Assembly (NCBI RefSeq): GCF_009914755.1
Contig: NC_060934.1
Direction: 5' to 3' (one strand)
DNA length: 64,000 nucleotides
Source: the human T2T-CHM13v2.0 reference genome, Homo sapiens
Both the position numbers and the translations under genes were made by a program. Below the pieces are notes generated by a model. That model did not search any database. It saw only the letters and a list, made by a program, of their open reading frames with translations, and was not told where the DNA came from. Below are positions 15,559 through 29,800 of the stretch, one piece after another (the first letter of the stretch is position 1; each line of letters begins with the position of its first letter).

Positions 15559-17398
15559 CCACCCTTCACAGTTCTCCTTTCTTTGGACTTTCAGCTCCTC
15601 GGGCTTGATGAGCCTGTCACCCCTGGAGTGTGTGATCCCCATGGAATCCATCCCAGTGCCCGCCTTGGGGCTCTTCCTGTGGCATGGATCCTATGTACAG
15701 AACTGAAGATGTGGGCTTTTAAGGCTGGAACCTGAACGTCTTCCTTTTTGGACAGAGTCCATTCCACCAGTCTCTGAAAGGGGTGACTCATGGCCCTTTG
15801 CAGAAGCACTTGTTGATAGTACAGGCTTCCCTCCCTGACATTCCAGTGGCAAATCAACCCTTTGCTGGCCTGACTAAATTTATAGTGGGCTGGCCCCAGC
15901 AGCTGGTGGCAGCAGCTGGTGGTTGAAATCTGACAGATTTTTTTTTTCCTCTGAAAAATATTTCAGTCACTCTAGTCCCAGAACCACCACCAGCAGAACT
16001 TAGAAGCCATTTATAGCCTCTTACAGTTGTTCTGAGAAGAGCTGTTTTAGAAAAATCCCCCCATTTCCCCAGAAATTAGCTCTCTCCCATCCTTAGCCAC
16101 CTGGAAAATATTCAGATCGTTACAAAGTCAGAAAGGGCCCGGAGCTGACAGCACAAAGTCAATTTGACAGTTTATTTCTTTGTAGCAGTTTCATATGGTT
16201 GAGCCTAATATATATGCGTCTATACACATATGTGTTTATTTTTAAATTATAAGATAATGATTTGGTACGGAAGGTTTGTAGATCTTTATTCAGAGCCTGT
16301 TGACTCCTGATTTATGCACGTTCTGACACTCTCAGCCATGTTTCTTAGCCTGTAGCCTGTTAGAAGCAGAGAACTGCAAGGCAGAAGGTGGCAGGGGGAG
16401 GCAGGTGAGTGGGTAAGTAGAAGTGACAGCTGACGGCCTGAGAGCGAGGGACAAGGCTGAGTCAGAGTTCTCGGTGATCAAGTAGTCTGGCGCTTTCACT
16501 TTTCCAGACAGAAAGGCTAAAGCTCAGAGAAGTCCCCTGGCTTAGATCCCATGGTGGGCCTGGACTGGAATCCAGTCCCCTCAACTTCACATACGGTGGT
16601 TACATTTGGTGCCACAGCACTAATGTCACTCACTTATGTCATAGTTGCCGAGGACGGCTGAGTGTCATTGAGCAAGTATTTAATTATGTTCAAGATCCTC
16701 TGTCTCAAAAAAGTCAAGGAAGTGTTTATGATTTGAAAAATAATTCCGTTCCAAAGAGTTTAGGTGAAAATGCCATCACGTAGAATATGTGGGCAGATAT
16801 CTTTTATTCCAGATCTTCTTTGCTGGGACCTCATTTTCCAGTGGTGCCTAATGGACGAAGCCTGGCCGCGTTCCCGCCCTGGAATGAGGCTGACAAGCCT
16901 AGGTCCTCCCAGTGGAAAATATGAGTACAGAAGTGGGGAAAAGACAGTGGCTTTCTGATTGTCTCCATCTCTGAAAGCTTTCACTGAGTTATACATGGAA
17001 GTTGTTCCCTGGCACTTAAAATAACTTCTTACATATGGTTTCTAATTTATTTTACTTACAAAAGTAGTATGTGTTCAGCATAGAACTAGAAAGTAGATAT
17101 AAATTTCATTAAGAAAAAACACAAATGATTTCACCACCGAAAGAGAATTACCGTTAACACCTTGGCAATACTTGTCCAAATTGCTTCATTGTTCAGGCTA
17201 TTATGCTTGCGCTGTCTCTCTCTCTCTCTGTCACGTGCTCGTGTGTGTATGTCTATACATAGACTGTATAGACACACATACCCATGTATATCATTGATAC
17301 ACATAAAATGTGGATCATGCTGCTAAGTTTTTTCAACCTATGTTCAATTAATAATGGACATGTTTGCATCTAGATACATGAAGATCTATCTTATTTTA

Positions 17399-17698
<300 letters not shown>

Positions 17699-18339
17699 TA
17701 CCTTATTTTTTGAACAGCCGCAAACGAGTCCATCCTGTGGTTGCGCCTTAATTTGATGAACTGTCCTCTACTGTTGGGCATTTTGGTTGTTTCCAGATTT
17801 TTTGCTATCGTGATTCCAGTTGTGATCAGCATATTTGCCCATGCCCTTAATTATCTCCTTAAAATGAATTCTTGGAAGAACCATGGCTGTGTCAAAGGAA
17901 ACGAAGTCTTTTATGGTTTTCAATGTGTGTTGCCAGAACTTTGGAGCTCTGTTTTTCCACTCAGATTTTATGATTTTGGAAAGTGCCCCTGTAGTTTGCC
18001 TGTAGTTTAGGATTCTAGACATTGTGATTCACCAAGACACCCAGCCGGAGCTCCTGCCATCCTCCCTCTTCTGGGCTCACTGCTTCTTCCATTTCTCTTT
18101 GCAGTGATCTCTTTCTCTGACTCCTTGGATGTGGTCACAGGGCTTCAGGATCTTGTTCTGGGGGAACTGGAATGGTGGGTGGGAACATGGAGAATGGAGA
18201 ATAAGCAGTAGTGTGGGTGCACACATGTGCTAGTCCAATCGTATTGAGAGGATAGTTTTGGGAAATTCACCCTGGACCTCCGCACTGTCAATGCCAAAGG
18301 CACTTTATGGCTGAACATTGGGTTGAAGCTTCAGGCTGA

Positions 18340-18636
<297 letters not shown>

Positions 18637-18796
18637 AGACTCCCCCTTCTTCATCTGTACTCTAGTTGCAGTGACATTTTGCAGGTCCTCTAGAATACCA
18701 AGCTCCTTCCTGATTCAGGGTTTTTAAATACGTGGCTCCCTGAATGGGGGGTAGGGCTGAGGGTCAGGGTATACTCTTCCTTTTTTAAGCTTTAAC

Positions 18797-18923
18797 ATTT
18801 TTTCTAGAGACAGGGTCACCCTATGCTTCCCAGGCTGGTCTTCAACTCCTGGCTTCAACTGATCCTCCAGCCTCAGCCTCCCCAAAGTGTTGGGATTACA
18901 GGCATAAGCCACCGTGCCCAGCC
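18797..18923 (-). mobile_element. Alu left monomer (FLAM-like)
   Basis: tagagacagggtc...ccaaagtgttgggattacaggcataagccaccgtgcccagcc. Confidence 0.88.
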
Positions 18924-18960
18924 CCTCTTCCTTCCTCTTCCACCTGTGGGACAAAGCCAA

Positions 18961-19195
18961 GTGTGGAGATTAAGAGCATGACTCCTGGGGTCAGGCTTGG
19001 GTTTGTATCCTGGTTCTGCCACTTAGCTGCTGTTCAACCTTCGACAAGCTGCTCAGCCTCTCTGTGCCTTAGTTTTTACATCTGTAAAGTGTGTTTAATA
19101 ATCGTATCCCCCTCATAAAGGTCGTTGTGAGGATCAAATACAGTGCCATCTATACGCACTTAGAACAGTTCCTGGCACGTATACGTAGTAACCAT
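18961..19195 (+). mobile_element. MIR
   Basis: Near full-length: tcctggttctgccactt...ctctctgtgccttagttt...catctgtaaa...gttgtgaggat...cacttagaacagt.cctggcac. Confidence 0.8.
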
Positions 19196-19374
19196 TAGGA
19201 AACACTTGTTGTTACTGAGCTGGCCTCAGCATGCTCACCACACCACAGAGTTTTCCACAACCCCCATTGTGGGCCAAGAGTTCTCAGTTTGTGTTCTCAT
19301 GACCATCTGCACCTTCCTTCTTAGCAGTTACTACAGTTGTTACTAAATAAATAAACATTTAAAAAAAATGTCTG

Positions 19375-19542
19375 GGCTGGGCAAGGTGGCCCACGCCTAT
19401 AATCCCAGCATTTGGGGAGGCTGAAGTGGGAGGATTGCTTGAGCCTGGGAAGTTGAGGTTACAGTGAGCCGTCATGGAGCCACTGCATTTCAGTCTGGGC
19501 AGCAGAGGGAGACGCTTTCTCAAAAAAAAAAAAAAAAAAAAA
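19375..19542 (+). mobile_element. Alu monomer (FRAM/FAM-like)
   Basis: Single arm with A tail. Confidence 0.88.
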
Positions 19543-19931
19543 ATCTGACTCTTGCCTGAAGCTGTCCCATGAGACGTCCCATGAAGGCAGGGACTGCTGC
19601 TCTCTTGTTCACAGCAGAGAATTGGTTTTCAATAAGGATCTGATCAAGGAGTGGAAAGAATGGTCCTGCTACTTATGGCTACAGAGCGGAGTTCATCAGA
19701 AAGTCACTCAGGGACCTCCCCGATGAAATAATAGGGTAACTGACTACAAGACGATGGGTGTCCAAGGACTGAGCCTCTTCTAGCTTCCTGAGCCACCCTG
19801 TGCTTGGAGGTTGCAGACTCTTTCAGTCCATAAAGGACCAGGGTTGTTTTTAAATTTCTAACTCATCATAGATCTAAACTTTAAAAAATATAATTAAATG
19901 AATTACTAGAAAAATGAAATAAAACTCAAGG

Positions 19932-20020
19932 CTGGGGTTTCTCAACCTTGGCACTATTGATGTTCTGGACCACATAGTCCTTTGTCTTGGGGACTGTCCT
20001 GTGTGTGGTAGGATGTTGAA
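19932..20020 (+). mobile_element. MER20 fragment
   Basis: ggtttctcaaccttggcactattga...ggggactgtcctgtg...taggatgtt. Confidence 0.7.
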
Positions 20021-20080
20021 CCTGTCCTTTTATTATTAGATTTAACAGACATGAACGTAGTCTATCAAATTGCTACAGAG

Positions 20081-20375
20081 GGGCCAGGCGTGGTGGCTCA
20101 TGCCTGTAATCCCGGCACTTTGGGAGGCCAAGGCGGGCAGACCACTTGAACCTAGGAGTTTGAGACCAGCCTGGCCAACATGATGAAACCCCAACTCTAC
20201 TAGAAATGCAAAAATTAGCCAGGCGTGGTGGTGGGTGCCTATAATTCCAGCCACTCGGGTGGCTGAGGTACGAGTATTGCTTGAACCCGTGAGGCGGCGG
20301 TTGCAATGAGCCGAGATCACGTCATTGCACTTCAGCCTGGGTGACAGAGCGAGACAGTCTCAAAAAAGAAAGAAA

Positions 20376-20411
<36 letters not shown>

Positions 20412-20415
20412 GAAA
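20081..20415 (+). mobile_element. Alu (S-type) with (AAAG)n tail
   Basis: Full-length sense Alu. Confidence 0.95.
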
Positions 20416-20591
20416 GATCTACAAAGGTTTCTAAACACTTACTTGAGGTTTCTGTACTACTCTTGGCATAGACTGGTGACAGACCCTGCTTTGAGCAGCA
20501 CCAAACTCATCCCTCACAGAAAGGGAAACTGAGGCCCTGCTCAGGATCCAGATAGAAATGTGCTGTTAAAACACATTGAAAACTTGTAGGA

Positions 20592-20887
<296 letters not shown>

Positions 20888-20936
20888 CTTGTAGGAATGT
20901 TTCTGAGTTTAGGTTCTTTCCCTTTTCTCTCCCCAG

Positions 20937-21062
20937 TTCACCTGTGGCAGATGATATCATCCAGCCCGCTGCCCCCGCAGACCTGGAAAGCCCAACCTTA
21001 GCTGCCTCTTCCTACCACGGTGATGTTGTTGGCCAGGTCTCTACGGATCTGATAGCCCAGAG
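20937..21062 (+). CDS. TACC2: TACC2 internal coding exon (126 nt, phase 2-2): (S)[41 protein letters not shown](S)
   Basis: Strong pyrimidine tract ttctttcccttttctctccccAG; donor AG|GTACGG; open frame; peptide recalled as human TACC2 long-isoform sequence. Confidence 0.93.
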
Positions 21063-21754
21063 GTACGGTGGGGGCCCTGGAGCTGGTGATGAGACCTCAG
21101 GGCCCAATCCTTGAGGCTGCCTTCCCCCGCTCCCCTCCCTTCCCCTCCCCTCCTCTCTTTTCTCCTGCAGTTTCACCCCCTCTGCACACACACACAGGGT
21201 GTGCACACCTGTCCTGAACAGGTGTGTGCCAGAGTTGGGGCCTCTTCTTGTGACCTTAGGAATGATCTGAGATACCAGGAAGACCGTTTCCCCTGTCCCG
21301 GCCCCCAAGACATACAAGGGGCATTTTACAGACTTTTTTCCTATGTGGCCTTCAGGGGTCCCTATTTGAAACAGAAACCCTCCAGTAGAGAGAACGTGCT
21401 ACTTCTCCTTTTTCAGGGAACGGTTGAGTTAGCTGCCTTCTGATCTCCTGGGACAGAGCTGGATTCACTGCTCATTTTCTTTCATTTTTTGATGGTGGTC
21501 AGAGAAGAGGAGGGTCAGCAGCACATGGCAGGGGAGCCAGGGGCCTGGGGTCCCCGCCCCTGCCCTTCTGCCATGTCACCTCCCACCAGCCTCCCTTCGT
21601 TTTGCTCTTCACACCCCAGCAACCCCACACTGATCACGGTTCTCCGTCTACACTGTGCTTGGCCTGGATTCAGGCTTCACTGCTCCTTCTGCCTGCAAAC
21701 TTGGCATTTAACCCGGGCTTTCCCAGAATCAGCTCAGAGTCAGCTCAGATGCCC

Positions 21755-21890
21755 ATATATGCATATATAGGCACACATGGACATGTATGCCTCCACATGT
21801 CTCTCCATACACACATGTACACGTGTATGTCTACATGTCTATACACACACATGTCTGTGTGTGTGTCTATGAATACACGCGTGCACACAT
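21755..21890. repeat. Degenerate (CA/TA/TG) low-complexity tract
   Basis: Alternating purine-pyrimidine runs. Confidence 0.75.
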
Positions 21891-22479
21891 TTTAATTTCT
21901 GTTTATATCAGTGAAGCATCTGCTTTTTGCCCAATATTGCACAGTGCTGGGGAAGCCATGGTGAATAGGCAGATGCTGTCCCTTCCCTCCTGGAACTCAT
22001 GGCCCAGTGACCCTTCCTCCCAGAAGCCTTCTCCCCACGCTGAGAGAAGCCTGCATCTGAATTCCTGCAGTCACCCGTTGTGCCCCTGTGTCACTGCCCT
22101 CCACAGATCCTTGTAAATGACCCGTATCTAATTCCGTCTCCTTCACTAGACTGGGAACTCCTTGAGGGAGGAACTGGTCACCTGTAATCTCTGGAACCGC
22201 AGTACCCAAGATGGCATTGGGCAGGCCCTGGAGGAATGGTGGCGACTTGAACCAGATGAGGGGGGGACAGGGACCTGGGGGCTGGCCCGTGCTGACCCTC
22301 TTCCTTGGGGTGCAGGCAGGCGGCCGACAGCACCAAGACACCTCTTCAAAACTAGGAGGAGGTACCTGGTGGGGGAGAAAGCAGAGGACGGGATAGATAG
22401 GGCAGGAAGCTGCAGGCTGGAAGCAGATATTCCAGGGCAGCCATGCAATGATGTGGAAATTTAGACGTTCCTTTTATAG

Positions 22480-22806
<327 letters not shown>

Positions 22807-23309
22807 GAGTCAGCCATAGTTTTTACTTTTGTGTGACTTTAACTTCTTAAAGGAAAAACCCTAGCTGCGAACGAAGGCCCCCAACCCTCAAGAAGTGTAC
22901 AGAAGTTTCCAGTGAGACGTGGGGCACCCCCTTCCTGTCTGTCCTATTCCTCCCCCTCTTTGTCCCATTTGGCTCCCTGACCACCACCGTTTTAGGAAGA
23001 CCCAGGGGCCTCTGGCTGTAGCCAATGGGGCACGCCCTCCCTTAGCAAAGCCTGGAAGGGAGCCGAGATCACTCTCACCCGATGCTCCCATCTTACAGTC
23101 GGGGGATGCGGGGGCACGAGGAAGCTCTGAGGAGAGGATGGCGCTGGACTTGGCGGGATGGCCCTCAGAGAGCTGCAGTCCAGCGGAGGGTGTAATGGGT
23201 GCTTCTGAAGGCCCCTCCCATGCCCGAGACTGCATGTTTTAAGTGACTTGTCCCAGGCTCCATAGTAGGTGAGTGGCACATGCTCTTAAGTCTCCTTTTC
23301 CCTGGACAC

Positions 23310-23495
23310 TTCCCATGCTCCAGGCACCATGCTGAGTGTGTTTCATCGAGTGTCTCCGTAAATCCTCATGCCAGCTGTAGAAGGTGGGAACTGCTGTCAT
23401 GGCTGCCATCTCACAGTTGAGCAGACTGGGGCTCAGAGACGTTAACATGCTCCAGTACACATAGCTAGTAAGTGGCAGAGCTGGGACTGCAGCAG
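23310..23495 (-). mobile_element. MIR
   Basis: ccaggcaccatgctgagtg...actggggctcagagacgttaa...agctagtaagtggcagagctggga. Confidence 0.7.
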
Positions 23496-23975
23496 CTCTG
23501 GCCCGGCTGCCCACCTGTGTTCTGAAACCTCCACTGGCAGAGCTGCGGGAGAGCCAGGCTTCCTCGAGATACCGTGTCCTGGGGCCCCGCCTGTATCCAT
23601 GGTCTCTCTCTAGTCCAAGGAAGGTAATGCATTAGGTAATGCAGCTGTGTTACCTACAACCCTGACCAAGAGTGACCACAGAATGCAGGAGGGGACCAGT
23701 GGCTAAGCAGAGGTGTCAGTGCTGAGAACTCGGCCAGTTTCATGGCCTTATCTCCTTATGGAAAGACTCAGAACTCTGGGCAGAATGCAGGCATGATTAA
23801 AACCTGGGGGAGTATTTGACTAAGGAATGAGCAATTTTGGTGCCTTGTTGGTGTTACTGAACATTTATCCAGAGTCGTGTTGTCTTGTTGTTTTTACTGG
23901 ATTGGTGGAAAAGAGATAGTTCTGTTAATACCAAGGATTGGTCTGACTTTGGTCACCAGATGCCTCTGTAAAATA

Positions 23976-24577
23976 CAGTCGATCCTCGTTGGCAGATTCC
24001 ATATTTGTGAATTTGCCTTCTCACTAAAATGTATTGATTACCCCAGAGTTGATACTTGTGGTCCTTTCTCAGTCATTTGCAGACATGTGCAGAGCTGCCC
24101 AGCACACACGTTCTCAGCTAAGATTGAACGAGGCAACGCCCTGCCTTCTTGTCGTGGCTCTGGCACTGCAAACAAGTGTCCTTACGTGGCATAGTTAGTT
24201 CAACTGTTGTGCTTTTCCTTGGTGAGCACATTGTTTCAAATGAGCCCTAAGCATGATGCTGAAGTCCCCTCCTAAGTGCAACAACAGGCCTCGGGGCGAA
24301 AAGTTGTGCTTTAGAGAAGCTTCCTCCCGGCATGAGGGGTAGTGCTGGTGGCTGTGAATTCAATGAAGCAAAATTACCTATTAAATAAGGCATCTTTAAA
24401 CAGAAGCACACATGGAACAAGGTTATGTTTTGGTTGATTGGCTGATGAAAATGCTGTGCCTAGAAACTCACAGGAAGCTACCCCTATGTTTCCTCTAGAG
24501 GCAATAATTCAGTGTCTCCTAATTCAGGGTTCATGGCGACTTGGTAGAACATTCCTGTGAATAGCAAGAATCAACAG
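23976..24577 (+). mobile_element. MER82 (TcMar-Tigger) DNA transposon fossil
   Basis: TA|CAGTCGATCCTCGTT...; internal cctgccttcttg, aaacaagtgtcct, tctttaaacagaa.cacacat..aacaaggttatg; degenerate TIR ...gaatagcaagaatcaacag. Confidence 0.8.
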
Positions 24578-24832
24578 CACTTCACCTTGCCCATCTGCTG
24601 GAGAAACTAAGCGGGCGTCCTAGTGTGCAGTGGCGATTTAAGCGCAGCAGTGTCCCCGCCACCCCATCCACCTGCAATCCCTCTGCACTTTCTGCTTCCC
24701 ATAAGGAGAGAGGCAGAGGGTGGGATGCGGAAGGAGGGGAGGGACCAACATGGGGCAGGGGGCAGGCTGGAACAGTCCTCGGGAGAGGTGTGCCTTTTCA
24801 GTAGTTTAAATTTAAAAATTAAATTGAAATGA

Positions 24833-24863
24833 ATATATATATATATATGTGTGTATGTATGTT

Positions 24864-24894
<31 letters not shown>

Positions 24895-25176
24895 TAGATG
24901 TAGTCTTGCTCTGTCGCCCAGGCTGGAGTGCAGTGGCACAGTCTGGGCTCACTGCAAACTCGGCCCCCTGGGGCTCAAGCAATTGTTCTGCCTCAGCCTC
25001 CTGACTAGCTGGGATTACAGGCGTGCACCACCATGTCTGGCTAATTTTTGTATTTTTAGTATAGATGGTGTTTTGCCATGATGGCCAGACTAGTCTCAAA
25101 CTCCTGACCTCAGGTGATCTGCCTGCCTTGGCCTCCCAAAGTGCTGGGATTACAGGCGTGAGCCACTGAACCCAGC
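24833..25176 (-). mobile_element. Alu with (TA)n/(TG)n-derived tail
   Basis: Antisense Alu from about 24895, preceded by a TA/TG microsatellite. Confidence 0.93.
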
Positions 25177-25629
25177 AGAATTTTTTTTAATTAATAAAAA
25201 AAATTTAAAAAAAAGTAGGGCTGGAGCATTTGCTTTAAGCCAGCTGAGAGAAAAACAGAGAGCAAGCCTCACTCCTCCTTCCCTGTTGCCTGCTAATTCT
25301 TTGGTGCCCTGCCCTCTAGTTTCAAGAGCTCTTTTTTTTTCTGAGTAGCGGAAAAAGAAGGCACCTCTATCTCTAAGGTATTTCTCAAATAAAATGAAAG
25401 GGATTTCGATGCACCCTTTCTCTATTGTTAATGCCACTGGAGGGCACCAAAATTTGCTTCTTTCCTCAGGGAAGAGCTGTGAAGCTGCTTCGGGGGTTGA
25501 GCTAACCCTGGATGACAGAGAAAGCTGGGCCCAGATCTTCTGGAACTTTGAACAAATGACCACATTGCCTATGGCCACTTGTACTCTCATCTGTTCAGTA
25601 TTTTCATTAAAAAAAAAAAAAGCAGAATG

Positions 25630-25807
25630 AGCCTGGGTAACCCTGCCTCTACAAAAATCAGCCGGGTGTGGTGGTGCGTGCCTGTAGTCCCAGCTACTCA
25701 GGAGGCTGGGGTGGGAGGATTGCTTGAGCCCAGGAGATGGAGGTTGCAGTGAGCTGAGACCAGGCTGAGAGCCTGGTTGACACACTGAGGCCCATCTAAA
25801 AAAAAAG
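25630..25807 (+). mobile_element. 5'-truncated Alu (J-type right arm)
   Basis: TSD aaaaaagcagaatg on both sides. Confidence 0.88.
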
Positions 25808-25999
25808 CAGAATGGTTTTTTCAATGAAACCTTCCAGCTGCTGTACCACTATGTATTAAGCAGTGAAATGGGACACATCCAAGAGCCTCTTGTGCTTTTC
25901 CCACAGTCAAGAATCCACGCAGAGAGGTCCCCTGAGAATTTCAGGACTCCCACCCACACGGCTGAAAAATTACTCACTGGACTTGTGTCTGTGGGTCAG

Positions 26000-26120
26000 A
26001 CTTCAGTGTGCATCAGAATCACCTGCTGACAACCCAGATATGCTGCCCTCTTCCCAGAGTCTGATTGAGGGGGGTGTTGGGAGGGGCCCACACCTGCATT
26101 TCCAGTCCTTGGAGAACCAC
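26000..26120. mobile_element. MER5A-like fragment
   Basis: cttcagtgtgcatcagaatcacctg...cccagagtctgatt...ggggccc...ctgcatttt. Confidence 0.6.
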
Positions 26121-26521
26121 CAGGTGAAGGCAGTGTTGTCCAGGCGCTTGCTTTTCTCCTCACCTGTGAACAGGTTTGAGCAGCTCATCACAGCTCCTCA
26201 GGAAGGGAGACACCAGGCCCAGCAGCTGGCGGCTGAAGTTTCTGATCTCTGACTTTGGACAGAAGGAGGTGGGATAGCCCCTGCTGAGTGTCATAGCCTC
26301 ACCAGCGAGTTTCCAGATTCAGAAGCAGAGTTTAAAATGGTCAGAAGTTGAAAGGCCCGGGAATTCATACTGACTACAGCTTTTATTTCTTCTCTTGCTT
26401 CCAAATCATGTAGTTTATTTTTTTTTTTTCTGACTGCACAATAAGATTTTTTTGTCTTCCCTCTATGGGTATGCATAAGTGAGTTCAACCACCTCACAAA
26501 GGTTAGTTGAACCTTTATTTA

Positions 26522-26890
<369 letters not shown>

Positions 26891-29800
26891 TTAGAAAATG
26901 GATCTCCCAAAAGTCTTCTCTGAATAACAGAATTCCTTTGTACCTTTAGAAGGTACTTTGACATTCATGAATCAGATTTGTGAAGCCAGCACCCAGCGTG
27001 CTGAGTGAATTGGGGTGCACCTTTACATTTCTTCAGAGCCTTTGAGTTTCCATTGTCTGTCTGGCTGCTGTTGGGGTTGAACCACATGAACTGCCACATT
27101 GGCAAGTGTCAGATATTGAGAATTTCATACGGTTCACACTCACACAAGATTCTGTTCTTGTTTTGGTTTTTCATGCTTCTTGAGCTGCTTTATCTGTATA
27201 GGCAGATTTTGACTTTCTGAATAAATAATCTTGGATATCCAAGATCAGTCTCCTTTTATCCCTTGTGTCTCCACCCCTGTAGCCTCTGTAAACCAGGACT
27301 CATCCCCAGAGAGCTCAGGACATAAGGAAATCTTGCCCCTGGGCCCGCAGAGCTGCTGGTGATGACCAGGCGTGGGGATTCATAACTTGGACGATCCAAG
27401 CCAGACCAAAGCCTCGCCTATGGTTTTGGGATGGTGTTTATCACTTTTCCCTTGGTGAATATTTTCCTTCCTGCTTAAGTTTTGCTTGTGCCAAATTTGA
27501 AAATAACATCCCTCCTCTGAGCACGGGCTCTCTCTGTGAAGGTAAAGTGGATAGACGTGTGCCAGGGAAGAGCTGACCAGCCAGTTCAGGGTTAACTGCG
27601 CAGGAGCCCAGCGCCCGCTGGAAATCTGCAGATCAGCTTGTTTGGGGCTGCTCACGCTCTCACGTGAACTGGCTGGTGCTCGAATGCTGGTGGATCTCAC
27701 CAACGACCAGAAATATCTGGATGTGCCTGCCTCGGAGCTTCCAGCCAATTCACAAGCACCTCTCAGCACCTTCTGATTTTGGCTTTGGGGCTTTTCAGTG
27801 GCTGCCTCTGAGAGACGCCTGTTCTATCTCCCATTGCTGAGTCTCATTTTATCAAGTCCCAGGCCTCCGTGGGACTGGCTGTCCAGCATTTGTATCAACC
27901 AAGCCTGGCTCTCCAAACCCACAATTTCACAGCACTTTCCTTTCTGCACTTTGCATCTCACCTTCAGCATGACCTGAGTCTTCGGCCTTAACGCTTGCCC
28001 TATTATGTGATCATGTGCACTTGGGAATTTCGGAAGAAAAAAATCAAGAGGCCTGGGAGGAAGGGCTGTTAGTGCTAAATGCCTTCCAGATGGTGATGTG
28101 AAATGGGAGATAAGATGCTGTCACCCATCTGGCCAACAGGACTGATGTGTTTGGCCTGCACCTTGGGGGCTGTTATCACCCTCCCGTGACAGCCTGGGCC
28201 ACTCTGGTGTTTGTCCTTGCACAAGGGCTTAATTTGGCAGCTCCAGCCAATCTCTGAAATGAAATTTGCTATCAGTTCAGTGAGGGATCTGCCTAGCGGG
28301 ACTCAAAAGCCCTGATCAGGGAATCAAAGGACAACAGCTGCTGACGGTGTCTCACTGCGGCCGGATCTGCAGGGCTGTCGGGCTGAATGTGAGCCCTGGA
28401 GCCGTGTGTGTGGCTGGAGACTGCAGCCGAATGGGCAGTGGGACCAGTTGTTGTTTGTGAGGACCTTAGCAAGGTGCTAACTCAGGGACAGCAAACTCTT
28501 CAGATCCATCGTCTCTGATCCATTGGTAATGGTTCTCTAGGGATCTGTGTTGCGATGGATTCTGAGGTCTTGTCTAGCTGGGCTTAGCAGGAAAGAACGC
28601 CTTGATCAATAAGTCATGGCTGTCTGCTGAAAGCGTGGTGGTTTATATGCTGTCAGCTCTGTCCTAAACAAAAAGAAATAGCAGGTTGAACTTAAATCAA
28701 CATATCCTTCCTCTTCCAAAAATATAAACACTCTACATGAATTTGAATTCAGCTTCTTCGTTATTCCAATAAGGTTTGGAAAACACTGATTAACTCCTTA
28801 AATGGAAAAAGGCATCCCAGATGTTTAGCCCCAGGCTAGCTTTCCGCCAGAGGAAGACAGCAAGATAACTCTAGCAGGTGGAATGAGACTACAGAATGTG
28901 CGGACCCCATATCAGTGCCCTGCTGTCTCTGGGCTGGGTTTGGCAGCTGTCTGGAAGGTTCTGCAAAGGCCTGGGATTGGTCCTGGGCATTTGTTCAGGG
29001 CCCGACTTCCTGAGAACAATGTCTTTAAGAGGAGTCACTGCTGGTCACGGGAGGCTTGAACGCAGATGGGAGCTGACTGGGGTTGTTGGTGAGGAGCTGG
29101 CTGCCGGCTGCCCCTACCTGCTTACTCGCTTTGCTTGAGCAACATTGCCCTCTGGCAGCTCAGGGGGAGTTCAAGGGACCTTGACTAGGCTCCTGGAGGA
29201 CCAGCTTCCGAATGCCGTGGAAAGTCAGGGAGGGCTTTACTCAGTGGAAGGACCTGATCAGAACTTGAGTTGGGTCATTCTGGTGGCTGTGGGGCCTTGG
29301 ATCTGAGGGGACAAAACGGAAAGCAGGCACAGCAGGATAGCCCAGGAGTCCTGCTCAGAGAGGGCAGATTCCAGAAGGAGAAGGAGGTGACTCAGCAGGA
29401 AGGGGTGATGAGGGGCATGGGAATGAGAGAACTGGAAGTCAGTGCCAGGGCCTGGCGGGCTGATGGTGCCACTACCTTGCTGGGAAAATTGGGGGAGGAG
29501 GAGGAGGGTCAGGAGGGAAGAGGAGAAGTTCTGTTGGGCCCAGGAGGTGTCTGTGGGGGCCCATGTGTTAGCGCTTGGGCTTGGATGGTGAGTCACTGAG
29601 TGTTTCCTCGTGGGAGCCTGACCTCCTCGGCCCCTGGGTATGAGCCAACAGGCGGTGGAAGGAGGGGGGCGCCTTTCTTAAATGAGCTGTTGAGTCACAC
29701 TTGTTTGATGCCTTTGGCTAACGGGACCCAGCCAGCGCAGGAAGGGTGTGGCCATGGCAGTTGGGACCAACAGAAGGAAGGGAGGAGGGAGCAGCCAGGT

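Noticed and set aside
25432-25450. CTCF-like CCACTGGAGGGCAC
   Set aside because: Mismatch at the conserved A of the core and no upstream motif; too weak without ChIP data
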